Assembly: GCA_028534125.1 (NCBI GenBank)
Contig: CM052816.1
Location: forward strand, 59,894,001 to 59,958,000
Length of the DNA: 64,000 nt
Direction of reading: 5' to 3'
From: Lama glama
Taxonomy: Eukaryota
Under the pieces are notes generated by a model. The model saw only the letters and a program-made list of their open reading frames with translations. It was not told the origin of the DNA and ran no database searches. The stretch's first letter is position 1. The number at the start of each line of letters is the position of its first letter. The position numbers and the translations under genes are program-made. Below, piece after piece: positions 26,523-40,564 of this stretch.

Positions 26523-26990
26523 TGTTTCAGTTATGTATTGCACTTATCTGTTTATTTTACCCACAAATCTGCAACTTGGACAAGACTCTGAGGAGAGCTT
26601 GTCTCTGCTATGTATGGCAGCAGCTGGCATAGCTTGAAACCTGGAGCCTGGAGTGGGTGAAGACTCATTTACTCACTGATGATTGATCCTAGTTGTTGGT
26701 TGAGGATTTAGCCGGGATTGTCAACCAAACACTTATCCATGTGTTCTTTATGTGGCCTGGGCTTCTAAGGGTGAGCATACTGAGAGCCAGGTGGAAAGGC
26801 CAGCTTCTCAAGTCAAGGCTGGTAAGACTTCTGCTGTACTCAAATAGTCAGAGCATTCCCGATTCTTCCCAGTCTCAAGGGGAAAGAATATAAACCCCAT
26901 TTCCCGATGAGCAAGTGCCAAGGTTCTGGAAAAGCATGTAGTTCCAGAAATGAAACTATGACCACTTTTGCAAAATACAATGCAGCCACA
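26523..26990 (-). mobile_element. MaLR LTR (MLT1-type)
   Basis: 'aatctgcaacttggacaagactctgaggagagcttgtctctgct', 'atgtggcctgggcttct', ends 'caaaatacaatgcagccaca'. Confidence 0.7.
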
Positions 26991-27029
26991 GTCCTCCAAT
27001 CACAACAATTCACATTTCTTCTCTGTACA

Positions 27030-27228
27030 GGGGAGTGAGCAAGACTGCAGTAATTCCAGCCTCCAACTTTAGTACCAAGTCAGCTGACTCTGAGTGAAGC
27101 AAAAGAAAGCTATTCCCACTGAGCCCTGCCCAAGTTGCAGACTCCTGAGCAAAAGAAAAAACTGTTTTGCTTTTAAGCCATTATCTCAGTAGATTGGTTT
27201 GTTATGCAGAAGTAGATAAGTGGAAGAC
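27030..27228 (+). mobile_element. MaLR LTR 3' part (MLT1H-like)
   Basis: 'ccactgagccctgcccaagttgcagactcctgagcaaaa...ttttaagcca...ggtttgttatgcagaagtagataa'. Confidence 0.8.
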
Positions 27229-30200
27229 AGATTCTCCGCTTTTTCTCCTAGCTACACACAGGTAAGAGACACAATGGCACAGGAGAGACTGTTCAACTCA
27301 ACCAGATTTAAAAAAACAAAACAGGGTGGCTCTCAAGCTCTACTTCATTCTATTTCTCCAGAAAACATTTTGGAATATAAGTAACTGAGAGTTATACCAT
27401 TAGTTATAATCCTGAATTCACCTGAATTTATGCAAAAGTAACATGTTACAAATTTTGCTATCTTACTTATTATTTATGACACACCTCACACCTGAATACA
27501 TTCTGATGTGTTACAATAAGATGTAGGTTGAAAGCCACTGTCCTAGACATTCTTGGGGTTAAAAGTTTCTTCAAAAAAGTTTAATAACTCCAAAATTAAC
27601 AGATGAATGAAAAACCTGAGTTTATTTATGTCTGTCTTTCCAAAAGGTTTGCTCACCATAGCTTGCTGCTGGCTGGACAGGAACATGCACAAAAGGAACG
27701 GGGAATGGAAACACTATCAATAAGCAACTTTTTCTGTTCACACTGAGAGTTGGTGGAGGAACCATCAGTTACTCTCTGTCACTGGGCAAGTTTATTACAA
27801 GTATAGTGACCGTGATTCTCATGGTGCTCAACAGGGTCTCAGCACTCTGTTTTTACATTCTCCCCAAATAAAATCTGAATAATAATTTACGTGGTCATTA
27901 TATTCATAAGTAAATTATTTACAAAAACAAATCGTGGGTTTGTGGGATGTCTTCTGATGTCTCTGGACAAATCTTTGGAATTATTTCTAAGAGAATGGAT
28001 CTGGAGAGTGCACTTTACATCTCAACAGATAGTCCCAATCTGGAATTAAGACATGGGAGTCATGTTTGTCCTGGATTCATCATGTTACACTCTGTTAGCT
28101 GTCCTTCTCTTAACAATCTGAGTCCCTGCCAGTTATAACACTATATCTGTTGGTTACAACTGAGCAGTTAAGTAGAATTTTCACTAAAAGCACTCAACAT
28201 AGTATTCCAAAGGTCTCTATTAGCACTTTAAATTCAGCTTCTGAGTGCTTTGTAAAGTTAATTTACTTGCTCAATATTTCATACTTCCTTTATTGCAGTA
28301 TACAAGGAAGCTGCAGAAAGAAAGTCTTTGCCCAAGTTTCTGTTGATGGAGGAGCTTTTCTTTCTATCCAGTCCAGTTGCCTTGCAAAAGTGCCATAACC
28401 ATACCACTTCTATTAAAACATTTCACATGACTGCCTATTAAGTCATCCCCATAACCAAAACATTTTGTCGAGTTTTCTAATAGGAACATGGGTTCTGATA
28501 ATTAAGTGATCAGACTTGAAGTTTTCAGACCATTCATTAAGTTTTTTCTTGGTCTAAAAACAAAGCCACAGCAGGTTATGGATTACTATAAAATATAAAA
28601 TCTGAAACATTAAAACAAGTGGCCTAGTACATGCCGCTCTCAAAACAAAGCTGAAGTCTTGGTTTTCACCTGCAAGGAGTACATCCTTTGCACATATGAG
28701 AAGGCACTGGCTCCCAATGCTCTGGACCAGGCTACAAATGAAGGGGGTATCATGACAAATAAAAGCAGAGTCTGATTTCCCTGTCCATGCTAATACCCAA
28801 AAGATCAGAAGGTCAGTTCTTGTCTCTGAAGTCCAAAACCATCAATTTATGAAAAGTCTCTCAGTTAGAGATGATTTTTATTTTCATCAGTCTCTGAACT
28901 TGGAATCAGTGAATATCCAAGTTCATAAGATGTTATGCCTCTGACTTGCTCACAAATATACAGAGTAGACTTGTATGTGCATATGTATACGGACAGATAT
29001 TTGATAACAATTCCTAACACCATCTCTCAATATTTTGTGAAACAGAAGCAAGCTATCATTTACATTCACAAATGGGCCCCTCACTCTTTTTCACAAAAAC
29101 AGGACTTTTTAAAATAAAAGTTGGAACAGTCTATGAGGCAGGCCCTGCTAATCATCTACTACATTTGTCATTTTAAGTGTGCTTCCAACTCAGGAAGCTG
29201 ACTAAGCATTAGTAGGATATTCTATAGGCTTTACCATCTATTTGCCCAAATCAAATGTAGTCCTGGGGATCACTGACCATACTGGCCTCTTCCTTATTAC
29301 CTAGCATTAATGAAGAAATGTAAATTTGGAACATTTTATTTGGTCTTAAGAGCCAAATATGGAAGTTTTTAAAAGTAAACTGGGTAAAAAGTTTTGGGGC
29401 TGGGCCACAGGCATCCAGGTAACTTGCTACAGCTGGTGTGGCCTACCTGTGTTCCCCTGGCCTGCTCTTTCTGTTGCGTGAACCTACACCCAAACTTTCC
29501 CTGTCATGCAGGTTGGCCCATGGGTTTAACAATAGGGTGCCTGGGATGCTGAGCCTTTTGTCCTGGTACCACGACTCCTCCTGGCTAAGCATGGGGTGCC
29601 AACCAGGAAACGGATGTGGATGTGAGCATGAGGAAGTTTATAATGATGAGGTTCTTCTCAGCGTGTCTCTGCAAGAAATCTTGCTCAGGGAATGCAATTT
29701 GGGTAACTTTAAGATGAAACATAAGAATCAAACTGACTTTGTCAAACTGTTATAAATAACTAGTTATCATACAAGTAGGCAGAAAGTAAGTAAGACTATA
29801 TTGAATGGTTCTTTATGTCTCTTCAGTGAGATATCAACTATCTGGATTTAACCATATCTAGGTTCTGAGTTTAAACAGTGGCTATTTCTCAAAGATTTGG
29901 GACTTCAGTAATGAGTCTTCTTTGGGGCCGGAGACCATATTTAATTTACTACTATATCGCTAGAATTTAGTACAGTACCTAGCAAATGTGTTCCATAAAT
30001 GTTAACAGACTAAAGTATTGTAGGCTCAGACAATTTAATGTGTAAAACACGTTTTAAGGCCATCCTAATGTTATGGAGCCTATTTCTTAAATTTATGTAT
30101 ATGATTCACTAAAGATCTTTCAAGTGACAATTGTTCAATGTTTTTATTATCACCTGTAGGGAGAAAACTGCAGGGTCTTAGGACTTTCCTCCCCTCTCCC

Positions 30201-32499
30201 CCCAAATCTCTTCTGCTTATCTTGTACTTAGCACAATAATAAAGAGTTAAATGTATAGAGAAAAGCTTTTCTCATGGGATAGCAGAATTAAAACATAAGT
30301 TGTAGCTCTTGCCCAACAGCTGTGCAGGTGTAGGAAAGATGCCGTTCAAGAGGCAACAGCACAAGTAACAATGCTAGTTAGATCTGTTGTTCTAGAGAGC
30401 GGTCTTCTTGGAAGCATTTTACCACAGTCCTTCCTTTCTCAAATCACAATGACAAAAAACTATCAGCTACCAGAGAGATCATAGAGACCTTAGAGTCAAG
30501 AAAATAATCTCATGCAATAGAGCATTTCTTCCGCCTTCAGTCTTTGTGCCTCCAGATGGTATAAATAAGCTCAAGAAATGCTCAAGGACACAGCCATTTC
30601 ATAGGCTTTCCATTATACTGCCTTGGAAATTGCATAGTACTGACTTTTGCTTCAGACTTAGGTGCCTTGCCTTGGCCTAAATTTCTCTCAGGCCCATCTT
30701 CCCACTTCTATCAGGTTTTGAGCACAACTAACAGGTAGATCATGGAATGGCTAAAAAACACTCTCAGTGTATTCAAATCAAGTATATTTTATTTAATTAG
30801 ATATCTCTATCCATTCCATAAAAATGTTAGGAAAGCTATCTTTCCAGTCTTAAACATGCCACTTAATCTGCTTCTTCTCTGAAAGAACTTGTTTCAATCC
30901 CATCGAATGATGTGAGACAATGATTCTCAGGATGTTAAATTTTACAATATTGTAAAAACTAGAAAAAAATCATCAAGGGAGCTACACAAATTATTGATTT
31001 ATTTTTCTAGGGTAGCACATTAAAAATTTCCCAACTACTATCCCCATTTTATCATTTTTCAAAATGATATTTTAAACCACCAAAAGTAAGAAGAATATAA
31101 TGTGAATGCTCAGATAAGGAAATAATTAAGTTAGAATTATCAAGACTTACTACATTTTCTTAATTTTGCTTAGTGTGTTACATTGGTAAATTTAACTCAG
31201 GTTGAGACTCACTGGTTTACATGTACAAAAGCACATGTCTGGGAAGGCATTGGTGTGGGTAAACTATTTCATTTCCCTGAAGATTTTGATGAAAAAGTTA
31301 TTAGACTGAGGAAAAATACACCAACTGTGGTGGACAACTGAGAATCATTACAGAGCTATGCCTTTTCTGCTGTTTTGTTTACCAGCATTTATATTGGGCT
31401 TTGAAACTAGCACAGAGTGCCTATCTCAGCCTGCATGTACTAATTTGACCTAGAAATACTCTCATACGAGTATATAAACAAGATACTAAGATAAGAAACC
31501 TAAAACCCTCTCAGATCCATTTCCGTATTAAAAATGAGACTCATATTTAATACATAAGCTTTTCAGCTCATTAACAGTTGTCCCATTTCACATACCCCGC
31601 TGTATATTAGAAGAGAACACTGTGTTTTTCACAAGATAGCTTCAGTTAAGCACCCACTGAGACTGAGTTATCCCTTGGAATCAGTTTACTTCTGCAACTC
31701 TTGCATCAATCATGCCAGAAGGGTATAATTAGAAGGAAGACGCTCTTAAATATTAAAAGTGTAACCACTGAAAACCAGGTTGAAAAGAAACGATTACCAA
31801 GGTTGGGCAGCTTCCCTCAAGCAGGCATCAGGATAAACTCCCAGGATGCCAAACCATTAAGCATTAAGCAGACTTTTAGAGACTGCTAACATTTATTTAC
31901 TATACTTCCTGAGAAAAGCACAAAAGGCATAGATCCCTAAGATGATCTCAAATTGTCTTCTGAGGTAAGTTACTCCTGTTTATAATAAATCTGTTGTCTT
32001 TGTTGGTACATTTGCTTTCTTCAAAAGGACTAGTTCTGTGTTCTTGTTTCCAGTTTGTATTATTCTTGATTTTTGGAAAAAAAATTACTTTTTGTGACAT
32101 TTTCAGCTAGGATTTTTCCTTCACTCTAGTCACTGGTTTTCCTCATCTTTATTAGAGAAAAAAATTTACTGACTACATTCTGCCAGCCACCCTTTACAAA
32201 TTAATACCCTTGAATCTTCAGGAAAGTCCTGGCTCTACCTATAGAGCCCTCTACTAACCCAGGGCCATGAAGGGGTAGGGTAACCTCTGTTGAACCATAC
32301 CACAAGACTGTACAGTGTCCAAAGTATACAGGGATCAGTAAAATGGATTACCATTACTCTGATCTTTACTTCCCGCTCCAATCTAAAGCCCAGTAGAGGC
32401 CTTCTAGCCAAGATGGGCAGAAAGTCAGCCATCTGATGCAAACCTCCTGCTCCCGACATTTAGCAACAAGAGGGGAAATACACAAAGAAAACTCCCCCA

Positions 32500-33165
32500 A
32501 GAAAGCTATAGGCAGATTAAAATGCAGCTAAATTCTCTTATAAAAGACATTCAGAAATGCTGAAAGAAAAGGTATGAAAAGGTTCTACTGGGAAAATAGC
32601 TGTTATGGCAAATTCTACTTTGTCTCCCATTATTGTAAGACAAAATTGACATTCTACTAGGGATTTTTAACAAGTATGAATTTATTTACTACAAGTAGTA
32701 GAGTCTCAATACAAATAGAATAAAAACTGATAGAAAAACGAGGAATTAGTCCATCCATAATATAAGAACAGCATATTTTAACAGTCTTCTACCAGACCAA
32801 AACAAAACAAAAACCCTTGGACTACATAAGATTTAAATTTTAAAAAAGACAAGACATACACATATTTATCTTTAGACTAACACACCAAATAAACACAAAT
32901 ATTTTTCTCCAAGTTCATGTGGAAACTTTACAAAAAACTGATCACATACTAGGCCACAAAGAAAGTCTCCAAAATGTCAAATAATTTATAAGTACAAGAA
33001 AGATGAAAATGAATAATTAAAAGATAATTTATAAACATATTTGAAAGCGCCAAATACACTCCTAAATAACTCTTTGACTAAAGAGGAAATTAAAATGGAA
33101 GAGAATGACAATAAACATTCCACTAAAAACTGCAGCTGAAGTAATATGTAGAAAGAAATGACAGA
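32500..33165 (+). mobile_element. Old L1 ORF2 endonuclease-region remnant
   Basis: 'caagttcatgtggaaactttacaaaaaactgatcacatactaggccacaaagaaagtctc'. Confidence 0.7.
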
Positions 33166-33379
33166 CTTCTTTCTCAGGACAAGGCTGTCATGAGACAGAG
33201 TTTAATAAAGAAAGAATTACAAAAATTCATAGATTCTAGGAGACTGTTAATGACAATTTCTGAACTCCTACACAATGTCTGATGTCCTACCAAACATTAT
33301 TGCACCATTTTTGTGGTGTTTTGTTAAGCATTTCTTTGTTATATTTTTTTACAGACCATACAGGGATTGACAGTTTGAT

Positions 33380-33630
33380 GGTTACAAGGGTTATGCTTGA
33401 GTCAGACTATGAACACAAAACTCAGAGAGCATGGATTTGAATTTTTGCTCTCCTAGTTGAATGACTAATAGCAAAATTTTAGCATCTGAAGCCTCAGATC
33501 TTCATCCAAAATTTTTATATGGTAATAATATCTATCACGTAAATTTTTCATGATGTTAAAATGATTAAAAACGCATAAAATATAGTGTAACACTGAGCAA
33601 ATGGTAAGAGTTCACTAACTGTGAACTAGT
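33380..33630 (+). mobile_element. MIR, degraded
   Basis: 'gatttgaatttttgctctcctag...tctgaagcctcagatcttcatc...taagagttcactaactgt'. Confidence 0.55.
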
Positions 33631-33659
33631 ATTTTGGCATGTACAATACTCATTTGGTT

Positions 33660-33798
33660 TCTTGTTCTATCACTCCTACATAATTGGATGCTCCCTAAAG
33701 AGAGACATAATGCTTTTTAATCTTTGACCAATAAAGAGGACATAATAGTGCCAACTACACAGTTGGTTCTAAATATATCTGTTGTATTAATGAATGAA
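33660..33798 (+). mobile_element. L2 3' end
   Basis: Ends 'aaatatatctgttgtattaatgaatgaa'. Confidence 0.55.
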
Positions 33799-34664
33799 GA
33801 TCAGTTAAACTTATCTAGTTATCTAGTTAAACTTATCTAGTTGAACAGGCTACTTTGGTATTAGATACCAAAATTATCTAGCAAACTAAAGCAACAAATA
33901 TGAAGATACTGCTGGTGATCTATAATTATATTTGAGGCCTATATTTAATTATCACTTCTCATTGAGTATTGACTTGATACTTGAAATAGTTAAATCAGTT
34001 TTGCTCTATCAAGTCCAACATTTTCAAACAGTCACTAAGAATTAAAACTGTTCACAGTAAAACATTATTATTGAGTGAGATTAGGGTTGGAGCCTGTTTT
34101 GATTTTTTACTTTTAGACATATGACGGTGATGGAAAACATCCACTCACAGATCAGACATACAAAGACAAGGACATAATTGTAAAGGGCACAGAATACATA
34201 AAATATGTTATTAGATAGAAAAAACACATTTATGTAAAGCAAGGTAAGATCCTATGTATTCTGGAAGAAAAACTAAAATTCTATAGTTTTCAGAAACAAA
34301 TGTTTCTACAAAATTTGATAAAATTAAAATGCTAATTTTATCTTGATTGCAGCACATTTATTTTCTTTGAATCCATTAATTATATCTAGTAATATTCTAC
34401 AGTTTTTTCAGTAATATCTGTGTAGTTTACCTTTCATTAAATTTCATAGTACCTTAATGTGGGATACAGCTGACTGAGACCAATAAAGGGTCACAATAGA
34501 TAATTGAGGGTTAATATACTTTGCTGCTAGTGCAAACACCTGTGGCATTGTTTCCATAAAGCTAATGTTGGGGCAGAATGAGTAGCTCTTTTCTTCTTTT
34601 ACTAAGTGGATCTTCAGAGAGTGAAATGCATCACTCAGGAATGAAAGTTTCTTCTGAAGATTGT

Positions 34665-34755
34665 TGGGAAAAAAGGAAAGGGAAGAGAAGGAAAGGGAAG
34701 GGAGGGAGAAGGAAAGAGTAAAAAGAGTAAAGGCAGGCAGGCAGGCAGGCAGGCA
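34665..34755. repeat. GA-rich tract followed by (AGGC)6
   Basis: Read directly; (AGGC)6 at 34731-34754. Confidence 0.85.
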
Positions 34756-34888
34756 ATTTCAGTGTAACAGTCATGCTGTTCTGACCTACTGGGACTTGGG
34801 GTAAGAAAGTAAATGACATGGCAATGGTCTTTCCAATCCTTGAATTCATTTCTTCAAATTGTTGAGGCTTGACTTAAACGTAAAAATC

Positions 34889-34915
34889 ATGTGCGCGCGC
34901 ACACACACACACACA
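34889..34915. repeat. (GC)n(AC)n microsatellite
   Basis: 'gtgcgcgcgcacacacacacacaca'. Confidence 0.9.
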
Positions 34916-35279
34916 ATCTGAAACAAAAAACTTTAAATACAGCATTAGCTTCCAGGACAGCCCATCCCAAGAATACAGATTCATTTTTCACACACCATCG
35001 AATACAAATGTCTCAGCAATCTCATATGCATCATGTTCAGCCCTAGCAAGTCTTCTTCCTGTCTACCTGAATTCTGACTTTTAAAATGCAATAATGTCAG
35101 TATCAATTCTCCGTCAGTATGTTTAATTTAGTTCTCAATGATTGTCTATTGTAGACCCATTTCCTGCCTTGTAAGTAGAATATTCTTCTTTATTGCTTTC
35201 CCCTTCTGCTACGTGAGATTAAAGTAACTCAATATTTCTTCTTGGTTTATGGAATCTACCCAATGTTCTATGGAAATAC

Positions 35280-36932
35280 CTCTGAAATATGTACAGAGCC
35301 TGTATATTTAAAACTGCAAAACGCTGAGGAGGAAAGAAATCATAGAAAGTAAATTGAAAAGCATACCATGTTTACAGACTAGAAATTTTAACACAGCAAA
35401 ATTTCAATTGTCCCCAAAATGATCTAATGATTTAATGCAATTCCTACCAAAATCCCAGCAGAGTTTTATGTAGATATAAACAAGCTGACTCTAAAATGTA
35501 TATGGAAAAGATAAGAAACTAGAAGAACTAAAATAATTTTTAAAAATAAGAACAAAAGATGTAGAAATTGCACTATACAATAGTAAAGCTTATTTTAAAG
35601 CTACAATAATCAAGGGATAGACACATAGATTAAGAGAACAGAATAAAAAAGAGTCTAGGAATAGATCCATATAAATATGGCCATTTGATTTTGATAAAAG
35701 TATAAAGCAATTCAACAGAGAAAGAATGGTTTTTCCAACAAAGGTTAGAGCAACTGGTTATCCATATGCGAAAATTGAACCTAGACCTAAACTTCATACT
35801 TTATATACAGATTCACTCAAAAAGCACATAGGCCTAAATGTAAAACCATAACACTTGTGGGAAAAAAAATTGGAAAAAAACCTTCCTAACCTGTGGTTAA
35901 GCAAAGCATTCTTAAAAATGATAACCAAAGCACAACAAATTGGACTTCATCAAAATAAAAAACATGACTCTGCCAAAGATACTACTAAGAGAGTGAAGAG
36001 ACAAGCTACAGGCTGGGATAAAATACTTGCAAATTACACAGATGACAAAGGACTTGTGTTCAGAATATAAAGAATTTTTATAATCCAACAATAAGAAAAC
36101 AAACAACTCAATTTAAAAGTGGCAAAGGACCAAAGAGGACATAAAAATAGCAACTAAGCATATGGGAAAAGGTACAACATCATTAGTCATAAGGAAATTC
36201 AAATTAAAATTACAATGAGGTACCTACACATCACACATTTATTAGAATGACTAAAATAAAAGATACTGATAATACGAAGTGCTAGCAAGGATTCAGGACA
36301 ACTGGAATTCTCATACCTTGCTCATACATATTGGTATATCCACTCTGGAAAGAGTTTGTCAGTTAAACATACACTTAGTATATTACAAATTATCGCACTC
36401 CTGGATATTTACTAGAAAAATGTAAACTACACTCACACAAAAACCTGTACATGATTATTCACAGCAGTTTTATATGTAATACCCGAAACTGTAAACAAAT
36501 CAAGCATCCCTCTACAGGAGAATGGATACAAAATGCAGTACATCCATAAAACGGAATACTATTCACAATTAAAAGGAATGAAATATTGATACATGCAATA
36601 AAATGAATGGATCTCAACGATATTATTCTAAGTGAAGAAACCATTCTGAATAATGTCTTTCAAGATTATATACTGTTTGATTTTATTTACATATTCATCT
36701 ATACTGACGGAAACAATCTATACTGATGGAAATTAGTGGCTGCCAGAAATCTTGGGTAGAGGGAGGAGTGATGACAAAGGGATGGTATTGGGGGCATTTT
36801 ACGGGAGGTTGATTAAACAATTCTGTATATCCACTGTAGTGGTGACAATTCAAATCTATACATGTGTTAAAATTTACAACACTGTACAACAAAAAGGTCA
36901 ATTTTACTGTATAATAAGTTTAAAAATAAAAT
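35280..36932 (+). mobile_element. Old L1 (L1MC-like), ORF2 3' half and 3'UTR
   Basis: 'tttaatgcaattcctaccaaaatcccagca', 'ggacttcatcaaaataaaaaac', 'aaatgaatggatctcaacgatattattctaagtgaagaaacca'; ends 'gtcaattttactgtataataagtttaaaaataaa'. Confidence 0.9.
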
Positions 36933-37983
36933 TGGAAAGTCCTGCATCTGGCATTGCAAACTCAGAAAATGTTTCAGTCATGCCTACAATTAACAATGTG
37001 TCTCTATCATTCAAAATCTAAATTTTCTATAATTTAAGATGAGGCAGCTTTACTCCACACCCCCAGAGAATGGGGTGAGTTCTCCAAGCACCATGTCCCT
37101 TACAGTTAGCAGCCATCATAGCTACAGCTATTGTGCAAGATTTTTTCTGGTATTGCTTCATTCTCTTCTTGGGCAGTCCTTGGACAAGCAATCTTATTGG
37201 CTATACCAGTGATGACAGAAGACAGGTCTGTTACTACTGCCATTATCAAGACTGGAAGAAGAGGGAAGATGCCATTTGATAGACCATGATAATGTTGCTT
37301 AAGGCAAGAGTTAGGGGAGGGTTTCCATGGCTGCAAAGTAGTATAAGAGAGAAGGAAGAAACAGGACCTTCCCTAGTTCTCAAGTCTTCATTAAAGCTTA
37401 TATATGCACAATCCTAGCTCAGTTTCTCTAGTTTTTGCTAATGTTCTTTTCTTTCCTTTTATATTTACTCTGCATTCTACTGCTATAAAAAAAAGAGACA
37501 GGTGAACAGCTGATACCAGAGATTTCTTTTTAAACAATTCCTAGGGTGTCCTAGGTTTAATATAGGCTCAGCTCTACTTTCCAGAGCTTCCATATATGTA
37601 GTCCTACATAATAATTTCTGGGTTGATCCTAGCAGTTTTTGTTTTTGTGTTTTAGTTTGGAAATTCCTAAACTATCTATAGATTCAAATCAGATTAAATC
37701 ACGTCTAGGATAGTATTATTGCTAAGTGTACTGTATTAAATTCAAATTTATATATCAAAATTCTTGCTCCATTAATCAGAATATTCATTTAACAGAAAGG
37801 AAGTCCCACTGCAGATAAACAACCTCTTGTAAAATGAGAAAAGTTCACTAGTGCTAAACCATAAAGAATATGCAATGAAGTCATCACTATCTTGTTAGCA
37901 CATAATTGGAAAAAAAAATGTAGTGGGTATTTATGAACCACAAAGAAGGAGGGCTGATGGCTGCAATTCTTATGAAGTCTTAC

Positions 37984-38075
37984 ACTTTGTTTCATTCCTC
38001 AAAGGAGATTTTTAAACCTCCAGTTTTTTTTAAACCTCCGGGTTTAAAAATCTCCTTTGAGGAATGAAACAAAGT
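37984..38075. repeat. Perfect 35-bp inverted repeat with a 22-bp spacer
   Basis: actttgtttcattcctcaaaggagatttttaaacc (37984-38018) is the exact reverse complement of 38041-38075. Confidence 0.98.
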
Positions 38076-39605
38076 TGAGTTAATTAATTAATGAAGGAGT
38101 GAATACAAGAATGAACTACTGTAGGGGGGAAAAAAGCAGTAAAACAATTCTACCAAGTTATGCCAGTGAAGATGCTTATCATAGGTAGCACGCCACAGTG
38201 CTAGGGGCAGGTACACTGTATCTTTCCTCTGGGATGGAGAGATGGGTCTACGGTCTCTAAGCCCTCTCACAGACACATTATCTTGCACTGTATCCCATTT
38301 CTCTGCCTAATTAAAGCACCTTCTGGAAGGCATGACTAAGTTAAAGATGCTTGTATCCTGATGTGTGTGGTATGCAGAATCATTCATTCTGGCCCAGGCA
38401 AACTGCAGTCTTTTCATCTGAGTGACATAAACACTGGCCTTGGCTGTACCCTATTTCGGCATCAGAAATTTGTCCATTTGTACAATGCTATTTACCCATT
38501 ACACTCATTCAATTTTCCCACATACCTTTCCCAATTATCTACCAATTTCATCCATTTAATCTATCTCTACTACAGTAAACATGTTCCCCTTTAGCATTTA
38601 CTAGCACTTAGGCCAGACTTTCAAGGGCCTCTAACAGCCTTTGTGATTCATTTATTTGTTCTCTTCCTGTTCAATTTTATACTTATGATTCATCACAAAA
38701 GTGGATGCTGCTGCTATATACAAATGTACTGGCAAGAACCTAACTACACAATTGACCATTTAGTCCTGAAACTAAATGAAACAGAATAATGGCTGCAAAA
38801 TTGATCCAGGCCACTGGGCAGAAGCTATACTTAAACATCATTCAGCACAGCACCTGCCACAAAGCTGATATAGGGAAAATTGTAGCATGATGAGATGCCC
38901 TAGGTCTGAGTGCCATTTGTGGTCCTTTCCATTATTTTTGATAATAACAGTGCTTTCAAATGGAACAACATTCCTCCTGCTGAAGATCAAAGGGATTTAG
39001 AAAAATATCCTAAAATCTTATTTGAGAGACCAAAAAGGTAATAATTCAATTTCCTCGGTTTTTGCTAGGTACTTGGCAGCTAATATTAATTATTATCTCT
39101 AGCCATTGGGCACCAGTGAAACTAGTACTTCTAAATGAAAATAAAGTACATTTGTCTATTTTTGTTTTGTAGGAGAATTAGCCCATTCTGACTTTTGGAA
39201 AGAGGACCAGTCGGGCTCATCTGACACATCTCTAAGGTACTTCAAAGCATCCCTAACTTTCTCCTTCAATACTGATCATTTGGCATAAAGATCACGAAGG
39301 CTGATCTGTCATCAGATTACCTTTGCTTTATCCATAATATTCCAAAAGCCTTCTCTTTATTAGGAAGTTTTCTCTGTCATCATATGTTTCTTTGCACTTC
39401 ATGAAAGCTACTTCTCCCATGTGCCGAGAAAAATACCTCAGCATTACAGAAGAGCAGTACACATGGGCCTTCAAGAACCATGAGGATGAACCAACAACTT
39501 CTCCCACTTCAAACAGAAAAATGGTAAAATACAACCACTCGTTGGCAATAGCCATATCAGCTTTCTCAAGCTTGAGATTACTGAAAAACTAGATCATAGC
39601 AAGGA

Positions 39606-40105
39606 TGGTTGTTTGACCACCTAGTTTGCACCAATCCCCTTTCTTATCTACAGAATCTGATTTTATTCAGGGAGGCAATATGCCCAGCTAAAAGTGTATA
39701 TTTCCTGGACGTTTTACAAGTCGTTATGACTTGTGAGACGTAAGTGGAAGTAATTGGGTGGAGTTCCGGGAAAGGTCTTCAAAGGGAGCTGATTCCCCAG
39801 GGGTGTGTACACGTGCAGCCCTCTCCACCACTACAGACCATTTCTTTCTGACTGGAACACAAAAGTGATGGACAGCACTAGTGGTCACTTTGGACCATTT
39901 TGAAGATAAATAAGAGGCAACAAAGATGACAAAGCAGAAAGAAGAGGAGCTTGGGTCCCTGATAACCACAGCCCTGATTTTCCAGCCTTGACTTTCTACT
40001 TCTTTTCAGAGAGAAAAAAGGAAACATGTATCTTTTCAATGTCATAGTCCTTCGGTTTTCCATTCAGGGGATTCTGCCAAGCCTAAGAGGAACTAACTAA
40101 CTGAG
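39606..40105 (+). mobile_element. MaLR LTR (MLT1J/K-like)
   Basis: 'attttattcagggaggcaatatgcccagctaaaa', 'gtaagtggaagtaattgggtggagttccgggaaag', 'aagcagaaagaagaggagcttgggtccctgat'. Confidence 0.75.
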
Positions 40106-40564
40106 AAAATAATCATCTCAGTTGATGGAGCACTATCTATGTTCTTAACATTGGGTTAGGTGTCTCCATCAATATAGCAAAAGTTCAAGAGGTTATCCTT
40201 GGCTCCTTAAATAAAACTTAGGGAAATAAGACAACATTGAGTACAATGAACTATTAACACTTCTGTCAGAAATACATATAAACTCACATAACACTCTGTA
40301 CTTCTGTATAGGACACCACTTCCCATATGACTTTTCCTTATTAAGACTGGATAACTCTTGAAAGAGAAGCTGTGTCTAACTCATACATTGACCAATCAAT
40401 AAGAACATTACAACTATGACACAATGATAATGATGATATATGAGTTTTACTAGTCTTCTGTTCACCTCTTAACAGCTAGAGATGATGCCAACTTGGTCTA
40501 CTTTGTGTCTCGCCCACTCCTTGCATGTAAGAAGCTCCTGGTTAACCACTTAAGTGCTTGGACT

